DNA of 64,000 bases, from the NCBI GenBank assembly GCA_964016885.1, contig OZ024740.1, forward strand, positions 108,066,001 through 108,130,000, written 5' to 3'. The position numbers were made by a program, and so were the translations under genes. Position 1 is the first letter of the stretch. The number at the start of each line of letters is the position of its first letter. Shown piece after piece: positions 52,798 to 64,000 of the stretch. This DNA comes from Eledone cirrhosa (taxonomy: Eukaryota). The notes under the pieces are model-generated. The model was given only the letters and a program-made list of their open reading frames with translations. It did not search any database and was not told the origin of the DNA.

Positions 52798-55350
52798 AAG
52801 CTGAAAGTCCCCTCAACCAGTAACAGATTTAAATATATTTTACTCAACGCCTACGACAGTAAAGAAGAACAGATAGAGACATTTAACGTAGAAGAGAACT
52901 GGGAGTTCCTAAAAAATAACTTACCAGAAGCGACGGATGAGGTTTGTGGCTGGAGTAAGACCTCAAGCAGGAGGAGAGTGACTTGGTGGTGGAACAATAA
53001 GGTAGATGAAGCAGTCAAGGCCAAGAGACAGGCATGGAAAGAATGGAAGAACGGGGGGAGCAGGGTACATTACATAGAGACCAAGAAGGAAGCTAGGCGA
53101 CAAGTATACTTAGCTAGGAGGGAAGCAGAGGATAGAAAATTCAAGCATGTTTTACAACGTGAGGACCAGAAACAGGAGGTATTCAAGATTGCGAGGCAGT
53201 GTGTCAGAGATAGTTGTGATGTCATTGGAGAGAAGTGTATCCGGAATGATAAAGGTGAGCTTGCCCTCACAAGTGCTGAGAAGAAAGATGCATGGAAGAG
53301 TCATTATGATAGATTACTAATTGAGGAGAATGCATGGGAAGAAGAGACCCTACCCCACGTAGACCCTATAGAGGGACCAGCAGTACAAGTCAGCGGCAGC
53401 GTAGTAAGTAAGGCAATCAGAGATATGAAGATAGGGAAGGCAACCGGTCCATCGGGTATAGCTGCCGAGATGATGAAGGCATCCGGGTCTGTAGGTCACA
53501 CTATAACCACACGTATCGTTAACCAGGTAATACTAGAGGGGGCCATACCAAAAGATTGGTGCAGTAGCATCATTGTCAACTGCTACAAAGGTAAAGGCGA
53601 TGCACTAGATAGAGGAAACTATAGAGGTATAAAGTTGATGGACCAGGTCATGAAAGTAACAGAAAGAGTTATAGCACAGCTGATTAGGGACCGGGTGAAT
53701 ATAGACGAGATGCAATTTGGGTTTGTACCAGGGAAAGGCACCACTGATGCCCTCTTCCTTGTGAGGCAATTACAGGAAAAGTACCTAGCTAAAAGTAAGC
53801 CACTCTACTTGGCATTTGTCGACCTTGAGAAAGCCTTTGACAGAGTTCCACGTGCAGTAATCTGGTGGGCTCTTAGAAAACTAGGAGTAGATGAATGGCT
53901 TGTGAAAGCGGTACAAGCCATGTATAGGGGAGCAGTCAGCAAAGTTAGGATTAGCAATGAGTATAGCGAGGAATTTAGCGTACAGGTTGGGGTCCACCAG
54001 GGCTCTGTTCTTAGCCCTCTCCTGTTCATCATAGTCCTGCAGGCAATAACGGAGGAGTTTAAGACCGGATGCCCATGGGAACTCCTGTATGCTGATGACC
54101 TCGCACTCATAGCTGAATCTATGGTAGAACTAGAGAATAAATTCCAAACCTGGAAGCAGGGACTAGAGAGAAAGGGCCTCAAAGTCAACATGACAAAGAC
54201 TAAGGTCCTTGTAAGTAGACGAGAAAACAGAACCCAGATCCTCTCAGGGAAATGGCCTTGCTCAGTATGTAGGAAAGGTGTAGGTAGGAACTCCATTCTC
54301 TGCCCCAAATGCAAACAATGGGTACACAAGAGATGTAGCGGGATCTCAGGAAGCTTAATTAAGAATGTAGGATTCACATGCAGCAGCTGTGCTGAAACAG
54401 CAAGCAAACAGCCACAGGAAACAAGTACCACCAATCTCTGGGAGGGCTCTGTAGAAACAGTAGACAGCTTCTGCTACCTAGGTGACCGAATTAGCAACGG
54501 AGGTGGGTGCTCAGAAGGTACAATAACTAGGGTAAGAACGGGATGGAAGAAGTTTAGGGAACTACTACCACTGCTAGCTGCAAAAGGCTTCTCCCTCAGA
54601 ATGAAAGGCAGACTGTATGATGCGTGTATCCGAACAGCGATGTTGCATGATAGTGAGACCTGGGCGCTGAAGGTGGAAGACTTACGTAGATTAGAGAGAA
54701 ACGAAGCCTGCATGCTCCGATGGATGTGTAACAGTAATATACGTGAACGACAAAGCATAAAGGAATTGAGAGAGAGACTGAGCATAAGAGGAATCAAATG
54801 CTGCGTGCAGGAGGGGCGGTTACGCTGGTATGGACATGTGATGCGTATGAAGGATGACAGCTGCATAAAAAGGTGCAGAGCACTAGAAGTTGATGGAAAC
54901 CGCGGAGTGAGGAGACCTAAGATGACCTGGGATGAGGTGATAAAAGCCGACCTTACCCAACTACACCTCTCAAAGTCAATGACACACGACCGTGACTTCT
55001 GGCGTCACGCAGTAATACAGGGTACCCGACCTCCCATGGGTACATGCTGAAGCATATAAACAATATGCCCCCACTCCCCCCACCGCAAGGTGGTCGTGGA
55101 GGTGCCACGGCAAAAAAGCACCCAGCCCACACTGTAAAGTGGACGTGTAGGCGCCACGAAAAAGCACCCAGCACTCACTGTAAATGAGGTTGGTGTTAGG
55201 AAGGGCATCCAGCTGTAGAAATCAAGCCAAATCAGTTCCTGTATGAGCAAGGCATGGTCAGCCGACCAGACACTGCCCACAACAGGACAACCCGTCTAAC
55301 CCATGCTAGCGTGGAAGAACGGACGTAAAACGGTGATGATGATGATGATG
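52795..55350 (+). mobile_element. 5'-truncated RTE-clade LINE with uninterrupted ORF (RT plus PHD-like Cys/His finger), 3'UTR and (GAT)n tail
   Basis: Frame open 52795-55050; FVDLEKAFDRV, VHQGSVLSP, LYADD, CSVC..CPKC..WVHKRC..CSSC, RLRWYGHV; the APE domain is missing. Confidence 0.95.
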
Positions 55351-56112
<762 letters not shown>

Positions 56113-59100
56113 ACTTTAACTAGAACTATGGTAGGCCAATGGGGACAGAAAAAAGTAATGTATGGAGGATGCATTATTATTATTGGTTTTTAACAGCTTT
56201 TCGATCTAGCTTTCATAGTCTTTTGGCTACCATACCATATCTTTCTTCTTAAATATTATATTTTCACTATTAACACCTTATGAGTTTATATCTGATTATA
56301 TATTTTATTTTATTTTATTTTATATTTTTTTATTTTATTTTATTTGGATTCTCATTTAGATAATTAACCCCCCCCCCCACACACTTGTCATTCGCCCCTT
56401 CAATTATACTATAATTCTATTCAATTCCCTTTTATGCCCCTTTCTATTGTATAATACAGTATATTGATTATGATTTTATGCTCCTTCGCATCCTCCATAC
56501 ATTTCTTTTTTCTGTCCCCATTGGCCTACCATAGTTCTATTTAAAGTCTGTTTATTAGATAACGTTATTCAACTGATAGTAGAGTATTTCATTCTATTCT
56601 GGATGTTCTTATTGAGATATCTTAAACTTTGGAGATTTTGATTACTTAAACCATAGCTAATTTTGTATTGACTTATTATATATTTTAAATACTTGCAATA
56701 TTAATTAATTTAATAGAGTTTTCTAGTCATTTATCCGGGTTTGTTTCCTAATTTTTTTACTTAACTGCTTGTGACACCTAAGTAAATATTTTTGTTTCTG
56801 TTTTTCGATTTCCGGTTGATTTTATTTATATTTATATTTTTTTACTACTGTGCGTAGTTTCTGTCTGGTTCTTATTCACTTATTCACATATGTCTGTCTA
56901 CCAACCATGTAATTATGTATATTATACTATGTTCATTATTTGATATTGATGTACCCTTATGTTAAATTTTGTAAATTCTGTAATATGTTTATATTTTTAT
57001 AATTTTTGTAATGTTTAGATAATACTTATTTATACCAATTGTATAAAAACTTGACCTCCGTCTGTTTTCTTACAACGGTATAGATATTTTTCCAGCACAA
57101 TCTTTTCAACACAATTTAGTTCTGTATGATATTTTTTCTCACCCTGTGTGTAACTTTATATGATTTGTTAAGTTATATGCCAATATATTATAATATTGTT
57201 ATTATAGTGTTATTGTAATATTTATACTGTTTGTGCAAATTGACCGGAGATTATTAATTATATAATTATATAGTATATTATATTTTTTATATGTTTACTT
57301 TTACTCATTTCTTTATCATTTTATACTGTAAATAATATATGTATTATTTTTATTTTTATTTCTATTTTTATTTTTATTTTTATTTTTATTTTTATTTTTA
57401 TTTAAACTCTTAATAGGTGTTAGTTTGGGTTTGTATTGATGGATATGTGTATTGATATATATACGTATATGTATATGTGTACATATGTATATGTATATGT
57501 ATGTTTATTGGGCCTTTTAATATTATTATTATTATTATCATTATCAATTATATTATATTATATTATATTATATTATATTATATTTAGTACCGTAATTCTC
57601 GCTTTATATCACCACTTGTGTTTAGCTTTAGTTTTTGCATTGTACTATATTTGTAATATGGTTCAAAATGTTATTCACTTCCTTAGCAATTTTTACTTGA
57701 TAATTTTTACTTGATAATTTTCCTATGCTTTAATGTATGTATACTCCATATTCTTCTGAGTTTTTGGCTTGTATTGGCCGATAGTGCTTCTTATAGCTTT
57801 ACTTGCCCTGATGAGTCCTTAATAGGACGAAACATTGTTGGCTAATAAAGACTTTTGATGTATTGAAGGCTTCTTTGGTTTATTTCTTAATTCTTCGGCT
57901 GTTTAATTACATTGAGCTATACCTTTACTGTCATTTCTATAATATGAAGAGGGTGTTTAACTCCAACACACTCTAGTATTTTAATTCTTGTTACGGCTCC
58001 TGATTGGTTGAGGTTCCTCCTATATACTGGTATTTTGGCCTTTATATATATCTGACAGTATGCTAACAAAGAGCTACCTGCCTTTATCTCTGAAGACTAT
58101 TCCCATCCCCTCTAGAAATACTTATGAAAAACTCTTAATTGCTAGTGTTAACTCCTTCGTAAAAAGGATTAAATGGCGTGCTTTCCACTTTGATATTAAT
58201 AGGAATAGGAAGGACCCCAGGCATAGAACTCCTTTCAATAACTTTGGCTTCAAAACTTATAAGAGCCCACCACATAATGTTCTATTAGATAATTTTGAAA
58301 ATGATTTACTTTCCCTTGTCAAAAATATTAAGTATAGGCCATATAATAGACATGGAAATTATAATAAGTTTGACAGGTTCCAGTCTAGACTTAAAAATAT
58401 TGTTAAGGGTTTTAGAGAGAATAAGTCTATTCTTGTCCCGGCTGATAAGACTAAGAATCTATACTCTATGGATTACAGTGCTTACCGTAATTTTATTTAT
58501 AAGGAGCTGCATAGAAATTATAAAAAGACTACGCAAGATAATTTGGATCATATCAATAATGAGGGTCTTAAGATAATCTCGGACCTTTGCCTTGATAAGT
58601 ATACCCAGCCATATTACCCTAGGGAACCGAGATTCACTCTTAAGGATCATAAGGTAGACTTCATTAGTAATCCCTCTGTTAGACTCATCTGTCCTTCTAA
58701 GTCTGATATAGCCATAATTAGTAAGAAAATCCTTGACCTTATTATACCAGCCGTTAGGGAGAAGGTTAATTTTAATCTATGGGGGAACACTAAGGAGGTT
58801 ATAGATTGGTTCTCTGGTATTAATAAACTTGAATCTAGTAGGTTTATCCAGTTTGATATTGATGCCTATTACACATCGATTTCACCTATCCTCCTTAATA
58901 AAGCCTTAATGATGGCCATGAGAGTGTCCAGCCTTACACGATCACAGATTGATATTATACTAGCAACCCGTAGAACTATCATCAATTTTGAGGATACATT
59001 TTGGACCCGTAAAAACACGCCCAACAATTTCGACGTTACAATGGGTTCGAGTGATTCGGCCCAGGTAACTGATCTTGTTGGGCTGTTCCTCCTAAATGAA

Positions 59101-60370
59101 CTGTATGTTACCTTTCCGCACCTTAAAGGCGGACTTTATCGTGACGACGCATTGTTTGTGATTAACTCTAGCACCAATAATATCGATCATAATAAGAAGA
59201 AACTTTACAAGTTTTTTAAAAGCTTTAACCTTTCGATCACGATAGATAGAAATGATAGAGCGGTCAACTTCTTAGATGTGACTTTGGACTTGGTCACTAA
59301 TAGTTTTAAACCCTTCCATAAGCCTAATGAAATACTCTCTTATGTTAGTCCCAATTCTAACCACCCCAAATCTATGATAAGCTCTATAATTAATGGTGTA
59401 TCTAATAGAATTTCCACACTCTCTAAGGACATAGGAATATTTAATGCACATGCAGAGTACTATAATAACGCCCTAGCTAACTCCGGTTACTCTGGTAAAA
59501 TACATTATAATAATAGTAATCTTAGAAAGTCTCTGCTTATATATAATAATAATAACATAATATCCCATAATATGGCCATGAATGGGAGTAGAAAGCATAA
59601 GAATCGTAGAAATCACATAGGTGTATCCGAACCCATCCATAAGTTAAGCCACCGGATTCGTAATAGTGAATCTAATAGTTCTAGGGATCAAGTTGGGCGC
59701 TCTGAGCGCTCACTCAGTGGTAATGCTTATGCTAAATCTAATTCTAATAGTGTTGTTTCTACTGATCCTATTATTAGCCCTAATCCTTTTGATATGATTC
59801 CAGATAGCAGTAGATATACTAAAGGTAGAAACAGAAAGAGACTCAACGGAGTTTCGGCTGATTCTAATAATGTGGTTTTAACTAGTCCTCCTAGTAACCC
59901 AGATCTTAATAATGGGATATTAGATAACGGTAGAGTTGGTAAGGATAGAAATAGAAGGAGACTAAATACTTATTTTAACCCGCCATATAATCAGGAAGTA
60001 TTAACTAACATCCCTAGGTCTTTCTTTTCTATCTTAGAGAAAAATTTCCCTCCTACTAATAAATACCATGGTATTTTTAATAAAAATGTAATTAAACTAT
60101 CATTCTCTACCACCCCTAATATTAGTTCTCATTTAGCTAGCACTAACAATGGGAAAATTAGGGATGGCTACTCCTCTCTGCGTACTACTAGTCTGGATAG
60201 ATCCATAAATGCCTTACCACCTGAGCAGACCTTATCTCATAGTAACCCTACGAGGGATACATCACTACTTCAGCCGATCAATAGCACCCGGAAGTGTAAC
60301 TGTAGAGTGAGTGTTAACTGCCCTTTAAACGGTAACTGCCTCTCTAAGAACATCGTTTATGTTTGTGTAG
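56113..60370 (+). mobile_element. PLE-3: short inverted terminus, long AT-rich upstream pLTR with hammerhead, and an intact RT ORF running into the gap
   Basis: 56113-56172 inverted vs 56488-56547; ORF from 58060 has IPIPS, PADKTKNLY, LKDHK, FDIDAYYTSI, FDVTMGS, LYRDD, CNCR..CPLNGNCL..IVY. Confidence 0.9.
57805..57842 (+). ncRNA. Minimal type I hammerhead ribozyme of PLE-3
   Basis: GCC-CUGAUGA-GUCCU-uaau-AGGAC-GAAA-CauuG-U-U-GGC, then AATAAA. Confidence 0.88.
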
Positions 60371-60570
60371 NNNNNNNNNNNNNNNNNNNNNNNNNNNNNN
60401 NNNNNNNNNNNNNNNNNNNNNNNNNNNNNNNNNNNNNNNNNNNNNNNNNNNNNNNNNNNNNNNNNNNNNNNNNNNNNNNNNNNNNNNNNNNNNNNNNNNN
60501 NNNNNNNNNNNNNNNNNNNNNNNNNNNNNNNNNNNNNNNNNNNNNNNNNNNNNNNNNNNNNNNNNNNNNN
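60371..60570. other. Assembly gap (200 N)
   Basis: Run of N truncating the PLE-3 endonuclease. Confidence 1.
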
Positions 60571-60659
60571 ATACATATATATATATACATATATACATAC
60601 ATATATATACATATATATATATACATATATATATATATACATACATATATACATACACA

Positions 60660-61470
60660 AGCTGAAACTATGTTAAAGCTGTGAGACTTCATTGATTTAA
60701 CATCCACAGAAAAGCAAGGAGAGCTATGATCCAGGAGCAGGAAGGACGGAAATCAAGAGTTGTGGAGCTAGCATCCCAGTGATGCCCGGACCAAATGGGA
60801 CTTACCTAAGTGGAAGATCGGTTGGGTAGATCTATTAGACTGGAACCTTTCCAAATCTCCTTCCAAATGTGTGTGGTGTATGATACATTACTGACTCCAA
60901 CAAATTTACACAGGTAGGGCATGAGAAATCTTGTAGACTTTGCAGAAAGAAGGGTACCATGGCGCATTGCCCAAGGGAGATATAGATGGTGCCATGAAAA
61001 TCTGGATCAAGGAAACCAACACAATCAATCAGGTTTGTGAGAGAGGAATAAAAGCCATCTACCACAGTTAGAACATCATATGGCCTTCTATAAATAGGTT
61101 CTCCTGGGAGGAAGGTTGCAGTTTCAGCAGGTCTTCCAGACATCTCTGAGGCTGAGTACTTCTGTTATTGGATAAGGGGAAGAAGATCATCCTGATTGAA
61201 TGCACAGTATTGTGGGAAAGAAAGTGTGAAAGGACTTTGAACAGAAGAGTTCCAGGTACTAAGACATTGTGCAGGAATACAGAGAGAAAGGACAACAGGC
61301 ATGATTATTTCTATTTGTGGTGAACAGTGGGGGATTTGTATGGGAATGCTCATTGCTATTGGAATGACAAGAAGAGAGAAAAAGGCAGCTAGCAGGTGGC
61401 GGAAAGTAGCAGAAAAAGTATCTTGTTAGTTATGGAGCAGGAGAGAGAAGCTGGGCAGTGATTTGGTTAC
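60660..61470 (+). mobile_element. Decayed HERO-like RLE LINE 3' part
   Basis: Fragments read TKWDLPK, LEPF, VYDTL.TPTNLHR, CRLC, AQGRYRW.H, KKIILIECTVLWE, AEK.SC.LW across frameshifts. Confidence 0.65.
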
Positions 61471-63149
61471 CACTGCCAATTCACTAATGAGAGGGTTATG
61501 GTTCAAAAACGAAACACCCAATGAACATTGTCTGATGACATCAACTCTTCTTGGGCCAAGGGTATATTCTCCAAAGGTAAATGAATGTGAGGCATTTTCT
61601 TTGAGATATAATTATCTCTACATACACACACATACATGTATATAAATATATATATATGGACATTATGATGATGATTATTATATATATATATATAATTGAA
61701 AAGATCTCCTCTCAAACTAGCAACACTAGCAGGAATTTTTAAATTTTCTTTACAATGGAAGGTTTTGAAATAACTACTATATTGGGGTCTGTGGCATATC
61801 TTTCTGGAGTTAGAGTAGAGAATTATATTTGACCTATGAGCAGTATAGTGGCTCAGTGTTTGAAAAAATGATGGAACCGCTGCCATAAAGAACATGGTTT
61901 CTGAAATGCACCACATACTCACTTAGGCAAGGCACTTTACTCTGCTAGCCACAGTCACCCTAACTGACAATAGATGTTACTCCGACTTTAATATCAGAGG
62001 ATTCAATCACTGAAACAATTTCATAATTCAAACAAATATATGTATTTGTGGACCTTTTCAACCTACATTAACATGAAAAAATAGATAAAAACTATGAAGA
62101 TCTGACACAATTTTTATCTAAAATATGATGATGGTGATGCTGCTGATGATGATGATGACCATAATGATAAAACTACTAAAGGTTCTTACAAATGCCTGAT
62201 TAATGAATAGATGACTTGATGGGTATATATACATACATCTATCTATATAAACATACAATACATATATATACACATACATATATACTCATAATATATATAC
62301 ATACATACAAACACACCTATAGTCTGTAGTTGTAGCAGCAAAGGAATAGTCACATGACCTTTACAATAACAGGAATATCTTACGAAAAATCTGGATTAGT
62401 GCCCTAAACAAACTCAATCCAGATTGACATACTATTTCATATTAGGTTCTAATATTAGGCAGTTGCTCCAAAACTGAGAAAGAACAGAGGATAGCATAGA
62501 CAGATTTATTCATATTCTTACAACAATGTTTCAGTGGCATATGTATTCACTAAACTTTATCAGAAGATGATGCCTTAATAAATGCATAGTTTACTGAAAC
62601 ACTGTAGCCATATTGCAAAAATATGATATATAAATGTATCTATATATAATAGGGTTGGGAGGCCCCCTTCAGATGTGTCAATCACAACAGCCTCCCTAAT
62701 GCTGGTGCCATAAAATGTACTCGGTAGAGTGTGAAACCATATGTAAATGAGGAATGCGAGCACCCAGTCTGGGATGTCAGCAGATGCGCTTCAGTACTAA
62801 CTCATCTATTAAGACCCGTTCAATCCTTTCTAACAGGGAAAGGGGACATTAAATGATGATTACTATTGTAATGTAAAATTTGTTGATACTTGCCAATTTG
62901 GTGAGCTGTGTCTATATCTTAAAGAATAAGTTGATGCTAAATATTTAATGTAGTGAGCCAAGAAATGTTAATGGATGCTATTCCCCTCCCCTATTCATTC
63001 TTTCAAAAAATAAGATTGCAACTACACCTCCTCATGCAGAAAGTTTGAGAATAACCAACAAATATTCCCTACCTAACCTTTATTATTTATCCAACTTATA
63101 AATGTATGTAAATGTTATATACTGTTACTTTAAAAATAGAGTAAAGTAA

Positions 63150-63590
63150 ATTTGAAGAAACATTATTTCAATACCAGACATATCATTTTTCACGATTTAA
63201 AAATACATTATTTCAACGAGATAAAAACGATATAAAGGACATAACGTTATATACTGCTGCTTCTTATTAATATAATTTCCTATTTATATATTTCTAAAGA
63301 AATGTTATTTCAATACTTATGTTCCTTGATTAAAGAGATTTAAAGAAAAGTTATTTCAATACCAGATATATCATTATCCAGTATTTAAAGAATCATTATT
63401 TCAAAACAAAACAGGTTATTACTCACTGTCTCTTTGAAAGTAGAGTGAAATAATTTAAAGAAACGTTATTTCAATACTGAACACAACATTATCTAATGTT
63501 CCTTTGAAAATAGAGAAAAGTGATTTGAAGAAATGTTATGTTAATATCGGACATACTGTTATCCAGGATTTGAAAAAATATTATCTCGAA
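63150..63590. repeat. Degenerate tandem repeat (aagaaacattatttcaatac anchor)
   Basis: About 6-7 imperfect recurrences. Confidence 0.55.
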
Positions 63591-64000
63591 GCTGTGGTGT
63601 TTGTGTAAAGAGACTACTTTGATGTCTGGCAGCAACATCCTGAGGGATGGATGGATAAACCAGTTCATACCCGACTCTTACTTTTGGCACTGGGACGTTT
63701 TTCAATGACACCCCAAAAACTGCTTATGGTAGCAGGCTAAAATTAGTGAGGGACTGGATGCTTGGAGAGGAGATGGGCACCACCAAACATTTCTAAGTCT
63801 CATTGAAAAGCCATGATAGACAAACAGTAAAATGACTAGAGTGGCACCCCAACAACTGGCTGTATCAATTATGTGAAGTTGATTGATTTGATTTGAACTA
63901 TGGCTTAGGTAATTTAATAATTAAGGCATTATCAGTATCTAGAATAGAAGAACTAATCAATATGTTAATATCATAGTAGTACTAACTACACTAATAGCCA

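Noticed and set aside
53805-54866. Antisense ORFs over the RTE, PLE and Tx1 elements
   Set aside because: Shadow frames of RT coding sequence with no recognisable motifs.
60325-60707. ORFs spanning the N run, including the last 100 aa of the 874-aa ORF
   Set aside because: Artefacts of translating through the assembly gap.

Overview
AT-rich, microsatellite- and retroelement-dense eukaryotic DNA. The SINE families, RTE/Dong/Penelope content and (TA/CA)n arrays suggest a cephalopod (octopus-like) genome; this is an inference. The only host coding sequence I can support is the first coding exon of a Bicaudal-C (BicC1-like) gene on the minus strand (18717-18921), so 1-18716 is read as intron and everything to the right as upstream/intergenic. 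From about 35.7 to 60.4 kb there is a pile-up of retroelements inserted into (TA)n tracts: several Penelope-like elements (PLEs) with inverted pseudo-LTRs, a Tx1/L1 LINE and RTE LINEs. About ten hammerhead-ribozyme motifs occur in the window. The best leads are (1) a ~300-nt, tandemly permuted, retrozyme-like unit with a full canonical type I hammerhead (35852-35931, minus) fused directly to the 5' end of a PLE fragment, and (2) an in-phase U-UUU-UUA slippery heptamer in the overlap between the N-terminal ORF and the RT-EN frame of a GIY-YIG PLE, suggesting programmed -1 frameshifting. Most long ORFs in the track are microsatellite artefacts. Coordinates were read by eye, and repeat boundaries are approximate.
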